Shown piece after piece: positions 49,517-61,459 of a DNA stretch of 64,000 bases (its first letter is position 1; the number at the start of each line of letters is the position of its first letter). Source of the DNA: Phyllobates terribilis (taxonomy: Eukaryota). The stretch is taken from NCBI RefSeq assembly GCF_046119375.1, contig NW_027362767.1:207824001-207888000 (forward strand), read 5' to 3'. Under the pieces are notes generated by a model, which was not told the DNA's origin, made no database searches, and worked only from the letters and a program-made list of their open reading frames with translations. The position numbers and the translations under genes were made by a program.

Positions 49517-50652
49517 CACCTGTCTTTCTGAATCTAGTATAACTCCCAGAAACTGTTGGGCTTTCATGGGTACTAGCTTAAATTTTGGTAAATTTAATAA
49601 CCAACCCAGGGTCTCTAAGATGGACATTACTTCCACTAAATGGACTTCACACTGATGGAAGGAACAACCCACTATGAGGAAATTGGCTGCCGCCCCCACC
49701 TTAGTGCTACGGCTAGACCAAAGGGAAGGGACGTGTATTGGAAATGTTTAATAACACCCTCTATCTCTATTGCCACTCTTAGTTATTTTTGATAATCCTC
49801 GTGAATAGGAACATGATAGTACGCATCTTTAAGATCCAAGACTACCATGTAACAATCGGGAAAAATACATTTTATTGCTACGTTCAAAGACTCCATTTTA
49901 AACGTATGCACTTTCAGGTATTTATTCAGGAACTTCAGATTAATTATTGTTCTTAAGGAACCGTCAGGTTTAGGAACTAAGAAGAGGGGGGGGGGGGAGT
50001 AAAACGCCTTTCCTCTCTCTGCCTCCGGGACTTCAATCAGAACTGATTTTCCGATTAGGTTCTGGACCTCCAACTAAAGGGGTAAGTGTTGTTCTGAGAA
50101 AGAGCAGGAAGGAGTAACCAGAAACCTTCTCTGGGGTAGCAATTGAAACTCCAATTTTAGTCCCGATTTCACTAAGCTGAGGATCCAGCTGCTTGCTGTA
50201 ATTTGTTCCCAGGATGTGAAAAAGGAGGACAGTCCTCCCCCCACCTGGGCTTGGCGTCATTGTCCCAATTTCGTGGTGCCCTGAGAAGAAGACCCGAATA
50301 GCAGACCTCTACCTTTCTGCCTGCGGTCTTCATACTTGTTCTGTTCTTTTGTTGGTCTTCTACGGATACATTTATTTTTCCGGAAAGGTAGGTAACTACA
50401 CTGAAGGAAAACCTTTTTTAGAATCCCCTAACTTTTCCAGGATCTCATCCATGGCAGGACCAAACAGGTACTCTCCTTCACAATCTGGATCTGGCTTGTA
50501 TGTCTCCCTGCCAACATTTGAGCCATAAAGTCCGACTGGCAGTATTTGACAGGGCGGCCGACCTTGCTGCCAATCTTACCGAGTCGGCAGATGCATCGGC
50601 CAGGAAGGCTGCAGCACCCTGTTCGAGAGGAATGGTAGACAGGATCTGTTTT

Positions 50653-51821
50653 TGACTCGCCCAGGGGAATGGGGACGACTCGGTACCCGGGCCTTTACCT
50701 TAGGGATGTCGCGGTGGTCGGCTCCCGGGCCCGTACTCTGGGTCACTCCTTAAAAAGGCGTTGACAGATGTTAAGTTTATAAAAGAGTTTGTGACGCCAC
50801 CTGTGGCTTCTGGTGAGGATCACCAGTGCTGCGCAGTCCACTGAGGCTGGTGATAAGGCAGCTTGATGGTATAGCTCCCCACAGGTGGAGCTAGGCCTCA
50901 GGGCAGTGTATGACGGGGGATGAAGGACAGGCGAGACCGAGCCGGGTCAGAGCAAGAACGGGGACAGACACGATAGTCACTTCAGTACCTTTTACTGATG
51001 GAAATTCAGGCCCGTCCCGGAGCACTGTAGGGTGAAGGGTGCATATCAGGATCCTCCCCAAAGAGCAGGTGTTAGGCCTCCTGTTTCTTGCTCTGCGTAG
51101 AAGTTTCTGACCTGCCTGGAGCTAGGCCTAACTTTATCTCTGTCCTGCGCTGACTGACCTTGTGGTAGGGCCTTTTCTTGGAGTGCACGCTCCCGACTTA
51201 CGGGGCCTATGTGTCTCCTGGCTCTGTTACGTATCAGCACTTTAGCGATCCTGGGACTTGTAGTTCTCCAGGGATTCCGGTTTATCTTACTGGGTCATGG
51301 AGCTCCCGGTAAGCTTTGGACCCGGTGTCCGGTAACTTCTTCGGGGTGAGCCAATTAAGCTCCTCTGTCCCCTATTACTAACTCTCCTCTTGCCTTCGGC
51401 CTACTCGGGCCCTCACTAGGCTACTCACACTAACGGCAGCTTGCCGCGCTTCACCGATCTTATGGCGCCGGCACACCTAAAGCTCACTGCTCTGAGCTAC
51501 AACTGAGTCTGGACTGTGCTCCACCGCAGACTAACCTCTCTCAGGCTTCTACTGCAGGAACTCTCTCAACAGGTTTGCTCTCTGTCGACTCCAGTCTAGA
51601 CTAACTGAGCTCGACTCTGCATTCAGGTTTGTACTTGCTGAACTCTCCAGAGGAACTGAACTGCCTGGCTCCACCTTCCCTATTTATATCCCTTACGGGC
51701 TCCCTCTGGTGGTCTGAGGTGGAAGGTGGAGATGTGTGAATGGTTATGGGGGCCTCTTGTGGAGGAATCCTTCAATACACCCTTCTAGGATCTGTGATAC
51801 CAAGCGCAGCTGGGCGTCACA
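50653..51821 (-). mobile_element. LTR-like element family A in DIRS gag
   Basis: TG...CA; 4-bp TSD TTTT; removal restores GVSRK|QILSTIPL. Confidence 0.85.
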
Positions 51822-52644
51822 TTTTCTTGACACCCCGTCTTTTAACGGAGTTCCTAACTGCTCTAACCAAATCATTAAAGACATGGAAGTTCAGGTAGCT
51901 GCCGCCGCTGGCTTCAAGGTGCCTGCTGTAGTCTTCTAGGTAACTTTTGGAAAGGTATCAGCTCTCCAATCCAATGGGTCTTTCAATGCCCCCTTGTCAT
52001 CAAATGGCAAGGAGGATTTTCTGGAGGCTTTAGTTATGGCCAAATCTAGCTTAGCAGCTTTGGGCCAGGAGGATAATGAAGTATCTTCAAAGGGATACTT
52101 CCTTTTGAATGAGGGTGGCATATAACCTTTTCTTTCTGGTTTCTTCCACTCTTTATTAATTAATCCTTGTACTTTACTATTCAAAGGAAAGCACTTTTTC
52201 TTTTTATGGTCTAAGCCCCTGAACATCACATCCTCCACTGATCTTTCTGATTTAGTGTCTACAATGCCCATGGTGGCACGGACGACCTTGGCTAGTGCGT
52301 CCACTTCATTCAAGGGAAAGCAATGACGATCCAAGTCACTATCTGAAGAAGAAGATGACTGAGAGTGATCATCCGAATTTTCAGTATCAGTGGAGAAGGA
52401 GGAGTTTACGGACACTGGAGAAGGCTCCCTTTCTCACCTACTCTTTTTAGAAAGGGCCTTGCCTATTTCATCCTTAATCAGGGATCTCAACCCAGAAGAA
52501 AAACAAGGGGTCTCTTAAGCCACTGTTTGGTCAATACAGGATTGACAGTTTTTTTTAGATAGGAGTCAGGCAGAGGGATTTTACATAAAGTACACTCCTT
52601 GTGCTTTGATTTGGTGTTACACTTCTTACTCTGAAAAACATTTA

Positions 52645-53233
52645 GGGTATGCGCCCACGATGCAGATTTTAAACAGAAGTTTCCTGAGCGTTTTTTCCTC
52701 TCCCTGGCAGAAAAAATGCATGCAGATTTTATATGCGTTTTTTCTGCCAGGGAGAAGCGTTTTTTAAGCGTTTTTACATGCAATTTTGAGCATCACTTGG
52801 AAAAGGGCTTGACAAGTTGGTCACACAATATAAATCCATGCAACTGACCATGCATCCTGATCACGGGCAGGACTGTAGGTTGGGGATTATCCTGGTGCTC
52901 TAGACCAGATCAGCAAGATAAGACCTGCCCACAGGCCGCCCCGAAGCACAAGGATGATCCTCATCATCCAGACAGACAGAGAGAGACAGATTGGGGCGGG
53001 CCTGCAGGCAGGTCTTTTCTTGCTGATCTGGCCTTGAGCACCAGGATAAGATCCGGCCTACAGTCCGCCCCGAAGCACGAGCATCTCATTAACTCAAAGC
53101 TGCAAACACTGATTACACAAGACCCACAAGATGGATTTCTTCAACTCAGGTGTCATATTAATCAGTGCAGCAGCCCCACCATGACACTGCCTGTAGTTTA
53201 CTTAACAAAATCCTGCTGAGAGGTTCCCTTTAA
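52645..53233. mobile_element. Left end of a family H MITE (to ~52845) fused to the right part of a T2-like MITE
   Basis: TTA|GGGTATGCGCCCACGATGCAG; right end GAGAGGTTCCCT|TTAA. Confidence 0.6.
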
Positions 53234-53236
53234 GTC

Positions 53237-53672
53237 TTGTACTGCCTGGTGAGGAGTGGAGGTGTTGGTGTTCGGTAGAGGCGTTTCAGGAGAGTTGTTC
53301 TGTGACTATTGCTTGGAGTTTTGGCTGTGTGCATAGTCCATTCCTCTTCTATTATTGTTTACCCTCCTAATACTTGCGGTGTTTCCTTCTGTTGTCTGTT
53401 AGAGCTTATTTTGTATGCTTGGTGTTTTCATTTGTCCCTGTACGTCCTTCCTTGCTTGTCTTGTTTGTGTATTTACATACACTATTCCTCCCCACTTCCC
53501 TGGGTGGGTGAGGGGACAGATAAGGGCTGATTCAGGAGAACAGCAAGGTACATGGCCCCAGCATCTTCGCCATCTGAAGTAACCTGGGAACAGGGATAGA
53601 TAGGGCAACCCTAGTGTTAGGGAGAGAGTAAGAGCGCCTGATCCCGGGTTGTCAGACAACAGCATCGTGACA
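53237..53672 (+). mobile_element. 3' part of a solo LTR (probable)
   Basis: T-rich body, ends CATCGTGACA; no TSD resolved. Confidence 0.4.
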
Positions 53673-53689
53673 AAGGGTGTGCAATAAAA

Positions 53690-53917
53690 TATATAGTTGA
53701 GGGTGCCAACAATTTTGTCCAGACCATTTTTAGGGTTTTGTGTGATATTATGTCTAATTTGCCTTTTTTTTCTGTTTTTTCTGTTGTTCCAATAAACACA
53801 AAGGAAATAAACTTGTGTATAACAAAACATGTGTAATTGCAATAATTTTCTGGGAGAAATACCGTACTTCATTTTCTGGAACAATTTCAAGGGTGAAAAC
53901 ACTTTTGGTCATGACTA
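53690..53917 (+). mobile_element. Isolated right terminal region of a Tc1 element
   Basis: GAGGGTGCCAACAATTTTGTCC ... ACACTTTTGGTCATGACT(A)|TA IR/DR-like pattern. Confidence 0.55.
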
Positions 53918-53919
53918 TA

Positions 53920-55850
53920 TTCCAGGATGGGAACATATATACCAGGATGAGGGACATATATACCACGATTGGGAACATATATACACGGATAGGGAACATA
54001 TATACCAAGATGGGGAACATATATACTAGGAAGTGGCCCAGAATGGGGGATATATATGACAAGAAGGGGCCCATAATGGGGATCATACAGTATATAGCAG
54101 GATGGTGGACATATAGGTGCTTCTCACAAAAGTAGAATATCATCAAAAATTTAGTTTATTTCAGTTCTTCTATACAAAAAGTGAAACTCCTATATTATAT
54201 AGAGTCATTACAAACAGAGTGATCTATTTCAAGTGTTTATTTCTGTTAATGTTGATGATTATGGCTTACAGCCAATGAAAACACAAAAGTCATTATCTCA
54301 GTAAATTAGAATACTTTATAACAACAGCTTGAAAAATGTTTTTAAAATCCAAAATGTTAGCCTACTGAAATGTATGTTCAGTAAATGCCCTCAATACTTG
54401 GTCGGGGCTCCTTTTGCATCAAATACTGCATCAATGCGGCAATGTGGCATGGAGGCGTTCAGCCTGTGGCACCGCTGAGGTGTTATGGAAGCCCAGGTGG
54501 CTTTGATAGCAGCCTTCAGCTCGTCTGCATTGTTGGGTCTGGTGTCTCTCGTCTTCCTCTTGACAATACCCCATAGATTCTGTATGGGGTTAAGGTCAGG
54601 CGAGTTTGCTGGCCGATCAAGCACAGTGATACTGTTGTTTTTAAACCAGGTATTGGCACCTGTCCACACTGCCAAAAGTACCAAGTCCTTCTGGAGAATA
54701 AAATTTCCATCTCCAAAAAGCTTGTCGGCAGAGGGAAGCCTGAAGTACTCTAACATTTCCTGGTAGACGGCTGCGCTGACTTTGGTCTTGATAAAACGCA
54801 GTGGACCTACACCAGCAGATGACATGGCTCCCCAAACCATCACTGATTGTGGAAACTTCACACTAGACCTCAAGCAGCTTGGATTGTGGCCTCTCCACTC
54901 TTCCTCCAGACTCTGGGACCTTGATTTCCAAAATAAATGCAAAATTTATTTTTATCTGAAAACAACACCTTGGACCACTGAGATCAGTCCAGGACTTTTT
55001 CTCCTTGACCCAGGTAAGACGCTTCTGGCGTTGTCTATTGGTCATGAGTGGCTTGATACAAGGAATGCGACACTTGTAGCCCATGTCCTGGATACGTCTG
55101 TGTGTGGTGGCTCTTGAAGCAATGACTCCAGCAGCAGTCCACTCCTTGTGAATCTCCCCCAAATTTTTGAATGGCCTTTTCTTAACAATCCTTTCAAGGC
55201 TGCGGTTATCCCGGTGGCTTGTGCACATTTTTCTACCACACTTTTTCCTTCCACGTCCATTAATATGCTTGGATACAGCACTCTGCGAACCGCCAGCTTC
55301 TTTAGCAATGACCTTTTGTGGCTTACCCTCCTTGTGGAGTGTGTCAATGACTGCCTTCTGGACATCTGTCAAGTCAGCAGTCTTCCCCATGATTGTGGAG
55401 CCTACTGAAAGGAACCTTTTTAAACACTTAGGAAGCCTTTGCTGTTGTTTTTTGTTAATTATTCTAATTTACTGAGATAATGACTTTTGTGTTTTCATTG
55501 GCTGTAAGCCATAATCATCAACATTAACAGAAATAAACACATGAAATAGATCACTCTGTGTGTAATGACTCTCTATAATATATGAGTTTCACTTTTTGTA
55601 TTGAAGAACTGAAATAAATTAAATTTGTGATGATATTCTAATTTTGGGAGAAGCACCTGTATATACTGTACCAGGATGGGGGAGATTTATACTAGGATTG
55701 AGAACATATACTGTATACCAGGATGGGTAACATCTTTACCAGAATGGGGAACATATATACCAGGATGGGTCTATAATGGGGACATTTTAACCAGGAAGGG
55801 ACCCGGGATGAGGTACATTAATACAGGATGGGGGACATTACTACATAATG
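53920..55850. repeat. ~21-bp minisatellite TATACCAGGATGGGGAACATA, split by a Tc1 insertion
   Basis: Units at 53920-54113 and 55660-55850. Confidence 0.8.
54114..55659 (-). mobile_element. Full-length Tc1 element, dead transposase (55390 down to 54391)
   Basis: TA|(C>T)AGGTGCTTCTCACAAAA ... TTTTGGGAGAAGCACCTG|TA; MGKTADLT.., VMVWGAMS, NSPDLNPIQNLW; frameshifted. Confidence 0.95.
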
Positions 55851-56399
55851 GATAATGGGGGAAGGCGGCAACACGTATGTCCTTATAGGATTTAGAACGC
55901 TACAAGAGCCCATACATCTGACCAACATGCGGGGGGACAGGTCAAAATTTTGCACCGGGGCTCATCAGACTCTAGTTACGCCACTGCCTCTGAATGCTGA
56001 GGTCACTATTGATTGCAGCATCTAGAGGGTTAAACAGTTAGATACAGTGCTGGCACTAGCCATGGCTGATACTGCAGGAGCTTGACTGTTAGTTAAGCCG
56101 AGCTCCCAGCGGCGATTGTGCGTGCACAGCTCCTGTGCTCTCATAGTCACCATGATATGCCTGTACATCAATTTGCAGGAACACTTTCACTTGATCATGA
56201 TGCAGACGTGTTTAGGAAAATAAACTCTTGTTTGCTGGCTCTTAAAACAACAGTTAGAAGGAAATACGCTTGAAGTCTTCATCTGTAATACATGACAGAG
56301 GCACAAACTTAAATATGGCGGACAGCAGCACATTATTTGTAAAGTACGTTGCAGACAAACAGCAGGCTGCACTGAAGGCCTCCATTTTCCCAGTGCCGG

Positions 56400-59300
56400 T
56401 GTTATGATCTGCTACAGAGACTAAGGAAAGGCAGGAGATCTGTCCCTACAATAGAACTAAACTAGATCCCTACGATGTAACGGGGAACCTGATCCTGCGA
56501 TCAGACCCGCTAAAGTCCTCGGCTAGTCTGAACGCAGACCTATAGATGTGGGGGAGGGATCCCTACAAGATCTAGGGACTGGGACAAGTTGGACACCTCC
56601 TAGCAGAAATAGTAGCAGTCAAAGACAAACACACAACAAAAAGCATAGAGGTCCGAAGACCTAGCAAAACTAACAGAGAACGGCAATAGAGCAACAAGCT
56701 AGCTCAACAGTAGTAAATACAAATGAAGTCCAGCAATGCCAGGAGGGCGGAGCCGGATTAAATAGGCAAAATGGTCATGTGACCAGCAAACTAAAAAAAA
56801 CCTAACAGGAGAGTTGTAACAGTACCCCCTCTTCTAAGAGGATCCTCCGGATCCCCTAGGCCCAGGCTTACCAGGAAACCTCCTGTGAAACGCTCGGACA
56901 AGTCTAGGGGCAGAAACATCATCCGCCCTCACCCATGAGTTATCCTCAGGTCCGAAACCCTTCCAAGCGACGAGATACTGCAAACTCCCTCTATACCGTC
57001 TAGAATTTAGGATGCGGGAAATTTCATATTCCCCGTCCTCCACCACCGGAGGAACAGTGGCAGAGGCGTCACCATCCGACACATCAGCTTTTTTCAACAG
57101 AGAAACATGAAACACCGGATTAATCCTCCAGGACGTAGGAACCTCCAGCCTAACAGCAGATTGGTTAACTATCTGAAGTACCTTAAAGGGCCCTACGAAC
57201 TTGGGACCCAATTTTTTAGAAGGAATCCTCAATCGCAGATTCTTAGAGGACAACCAAACCATGTCACCAACAGTAAACAAAACCTCTTGCCGTTTCCTAT
57301 CAAAGTACCTCTTAGATTTTTTGTTAGCCTCTTGAAGATTACCACGCACATCCGTCCAAACTCTCTCCAAATCACCGGAAAAACTCTCCTCCTCAGGCAC
57401 AGCCGAAACCAATTTGGAGAATGACCCAAAAGACGGATGTCTCCCAGAACAACAAAAAAAAGGCGAACACCCAGCAGAAGAGGATGTATGGTTGTTAAGA
57501 GCAAATTCAGCAAGTGGCAGAAACTCAGACCACCCCTCTTGATTGTCTGCCACAAAACAACGCAAGAACTGCTCAACATCCTGGTTCTTCCTTTCTGTCT
57601 GGCCATTAGACTCAGGATGATATCCGGATGAAAACGACAAATGAACTCCCAACCTGTCACAAAAGGCACGCCAAAAACGAGCCACAAACTGAGGTCCCCT
57701 ATCAGAAACAATGTCAGTAGGAACACCATGTAGTCTGACAATTTCCTTGACAAAGGCCTTGGCGAGTGTCTTAGCGCAAGGTAGTTTGATGAAGGGAACC
57801 AAGTGACACATTTTGCTAAAACGGTCCACGACCACCCAGATGACCGTGAAACCTTCAGAGGGAGGAAGGTCAGTAATAAAGTCCATAGCCAGATGTGTCC
57901 AAGGTGCACTAGGAACCTCCAGAGGGCAAAGCAACCCCGCAGCAGGAGCATGCGAAGACTTGGATCTAGCACACACAGTACATTGGCACACCCACTTAAT
58001 GACTTCCTTCTGCCATCCAGGCCACCAAAAACTGCGACCCACAAGTCTCTTGGTCTCAGAAATTCCTGGATGACCTGCCAACCGAGACTCATGACACTCA
58101 ACAAACAAATCTCTCCTAAAGGTCCTAGGCACAAACAACCTCCCATGGGGAGTGTTAGATGGGGCATTCTCCTGAGCTTTAAGAATCTCATCCTCCAAAA
58201 CGGAGTCCAAAGCAGCAATCACAACACCTTCTTGTAAAATGCTCTCCTCTTCCTCCTCAACACCGACCATGGGAGAAAAGCTGCGAGACAAAGCATCCGC
58301 TTTAACATTCTTGGTACCCGGGATGTAAGTAACGGAAAAATTAAACCGCGAAAAAAAAAGTGCCCACCTAGCCTGACGGGCATTCAAGCGCTTGGCAGCA
58401 TCAAGATAGATCAGATTTTTATGATCAGTGAAAACCTGAACGGGAAATTCAGCACCTTCCAAGAGATGACGCCAGTGTTCAAATGCGAGTTTAATCGCCA
58501 GCAATTCCCGATTACCAATATCGTAATTAAGTTCAGTCTCGGAAAATTTTTTTGAAAAAAAGGCACAGGGATGTACTCCATCCTTGTTTTCCTGAGACAA
58601 CACCGCACCAACCCCCACCGAAGAAGCATCAACCTCAACCAAAAACGGCTTAGTCACATCAGGCTGCATAAGGATGGGAGCAGAGGTGAACCTCTCCTTT
58701 AGAAACACAAAAGCTTCAGTGGCCTCAGAAGACCACTGAACCGCATTAGCACCTTTCCTGGTGAGATCGGTCAGCGGTTTGACAATAATAGAAATTTTTT
58801 TATGAATTTTCTGTAATAATTGGCGAAACCCAAAAACCTCTGTATCGATTTCAAACCAATAGGCCCAGGCCATTCCTGCACAGCTTGAACTTTAACCGGG
58901 TCCATCTCCAAACCCTCACTGGAGACAATGTAGCCCAAAAAACTAATTCTCTGTACAGCGAACTCACATTTCTCCAGCTTAGCAAAAAGCGAATTGTCCA
59001 TTAATAACTGTAATACCTCACGTACGCTCCGCCAATGAGACTCCAGATCCGGCGAATAAATCAAAATGTCATCCAAATACACCACCACATCTTTGCCGAT
59101 TAAAGGTCTAAGGATGTCATTAATCAGATTCTGAAAAAATGCTGGAGCATTAGTAAGACCAAAAGGCATAACCAGATTCTCAAAATGACCCACAGGAGTG
59201 TTAAAAGCAGTCTTCCATTCATCACCCTCCTTCATGCGCAATAAATTGTATGCCCCCCGGAGATCAATTTTAGAGAACCACTTGCCCCCACTAACTGGTT

Positions 59301-61393
59301 AAATAAATCGGGAATCAATGGCAGTGGGTAAGGATTGCGTACAGTAATTTTATTAATCTCACGAAAGTCCAGACAAGGACGTAAACCGCCATCTTTTTTT
59401 TTCACAAAAAAAAAAACCAACAGCCACAGGAGACTTAGAAGGCCTAATGTGACCAGCGGCCAAGCTTGTCTGTATGTATTCCTCCAAAGCCTTTCTCTCA
59501 GGAATAGTAAGATTAAATAAACGACTCTTAGGAAGAGTCGCTCCAGGGACAAATTCAATGGTACAATCATAGTCTCTATGGGGAGGCAAAATTTGTGACT
59601 CCTCCTCAGAAAAAACTCTCCAAAAATCCTGAATAGGTACAGGCAATTCCCCTTTACCCACAGCAGCAATACGTCCGTTACAACACTTGTCATAACACTT
59701 AGGGCTCCAGGACTTAATTTCATTGGTAGACCAATCCAGTACAGGATTGTGCAATTTCAACCAGGGTAACCCCAATATTACTGGAGAAGGCAAATTATCC
59801 AATACCACCAAATCCAAATTCTCTTGGTGAATACCATTAATAGTGAGGGGAAATTCACAGACCTTGTGAGTAACACTCTTCAAGGGAGAGCCATCGACAG
59901 AAACCACAGCAATAGGGGATGACAAAGTTTTAGGTTCTAATCTAAGTTTTTCCAAGAATCCCCCATCAATCACATTCAGAGTAGATCCACAATCCACAAA
60001 TACCCGAAATTCAATTAATTCATCCTGAGTAGTGGCAGATAGGAATACCCCCTTAGAATTTAAACAGGCAATACGGGCATGACTGACCATTTTTTTTTCT
60101 TTCTTCTTACGAAGCACACAGCTCTTAATAAAATGACCAGAGCTTCCGCAATAGAAACACAAGCCTTCAGAAAGTCGGCAGTCTTTTTCCTGAGAGCGGG
60201 GTGCCATCGCCCCAATTTCCATCGGCTCTCCATTGTCAGCACAGAACCTCTCAGGACTCGAAGCTGACATAGCAGAGGATTTGCTCTCATTAACCCTTGC
60301 ACGCAGTCTCCTGTCCACCCGTATAGCTAATTGCATTGCCTCCTGCAAGTTTCCAGGTGTGGGATAAGCAATCAGTAAATCCTTAACCCTTTCACCTAGC
60401 CCTGCCAGAAACAAGCTTTTCAAAGCTGAATCGTTCCACCCTACCTGGGCAGACCACCGACGGAAGTGAGAACAATATTTTTCCACCTTACCTGATCCCT
60501 GCCTCAAACGTCTTAATTCAGACTCAGCAGATGAGACACGATCAGGATCATCGTACAACAAACCCAAAGCAGAAAAAAAACTATCCACTGATCTAAAGCA
60601 CGGATCACTAGGTTGGAGAGAGAAGGCCCATCCCTGAGGATCTTTGCGCAAAAGTGAGATTATGAACCCTATGCGCTGTGATTCATCACCAGAGGATCCG
60701 GGTCTCAAATGAAAATATAATAGACAAGCATTTTTAAAAGAAAAAAAATCTTGTTGTTCGCCAAAAAATAGATCAGACAGACGTACCTTTGGTTCCACAA
60801 AATGCGCTCCAGAACAGCTACTCACGTGTTGTTGGAGCTTGGTCACCTCCAGAGAGAGTCCCTGCAAGCTTTGAGCCAAATCTTGCACCGAGATCATGAT
60901 GGAAAACTGGAGCTGGAGGTCTTTCCCCAGAGAAAATCCTTTCCTTTTTTTTTTTTTATGGCTGGACTTACTGTTATGATCTGCTACAGAGACTAAGGAA
61001 AGGCAGGAGATCTGTCCCTACAATAGAACTAAACTAGATCCCTACGATGTAACGGGGAACCTGATCCTGCGATCAGACCCGCTAAAGTCCTCGGCTAGTC
61101 TGAACGCAGACCTATAGATGTGGGGGAGGGATCCCTACAAGATCTAGGGACTGGGAAAAGTTGGACACCTCCTAGCAGAAATAGTAGCAGTCAAAGACAA
61201 ACACACAGCAAAAAGCATAGAGGTCCGAAGACCTAGCAAAACTAACAGAGAATGGCAACAGAGCACCAAGCTAGCTCAAGAGTAGTAAATACAAATGAAG
61301 TCCAGCAAAGCCAGGAGGGAGGAGCCGGATTAAATAGGCAAAATGGTCATGTGACCAGCAAACTAAAAAAAACCTAACAGGAGAGTTGTAACA
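56400..61393 (-). mobile_element. Full-length chromodomain Gypsy (Tf1/sushi-like) LTR retrotransposon
   Basis: 422-bp LTRs at 56400-56821 and 60972-61393 with about 8 substitutions; TG...CA; perfect 5-bp TSD GCCGG; PPT AGAAGAGGGGG. Confidence 0.97.
56834..60897 (-). CDS. Gag-Pol polyprotein (Gag, CCHC, protease, RT, RNase H, integrase, chromodomain) broken by three single-base indels
   Basis: [14 protein letters not shown]; FVDCGS; YLDDILIYS; [12 protein letters not shown]; [14 protein letters not shown]; [22 protein letters not shown]; KFVGPF; [25 protein letters not shown]. Confidence 0.93.
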
Positions 61394-61459
61394 GCCGGGG
61401 CACACAGGTCATTGTGTTTCGCTGTGACCTCTGCATCCAACAAAACGTTCTGTGAACTG

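Larger units (their letters stand above)
44090..52640 (-). mobile_element. Decayed DIRS1-like retrotransposon: gag, RT, RNase H, MT-like domain and N-terminal part of the YR ORF, with three LTR insertions
   Basis: gag: CTLCKIPLP, SLPFDD..LKDPLD, FLADASADS. RT: LFLVPKPDGSLRTIINLK, DLKDAYYHVPI. RNase H: TTDASPTGWGAH, SDN..VAYINHQGG. MT-like: VDLFA..N.K. YR N-terminus: YARTWKKF, LKVQVSAL, DLNLVL. No catalytic YR half seen. Confidence 0.9.

Noticed and set aside
56314-56399. ATG in good context (MADSSTLFVKY..) interrupted by the chromovirus
   Set aside because: Rejoining the flanks gives only about 41 codons, with no homology I recognise.
59391-59416. Programmed ribosomal frameshift at the T11/A9 run
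   Set aside because: It lies inside RT, not at the gag-pol junction. Gag and protease are already in one frame, and two further indels follow.
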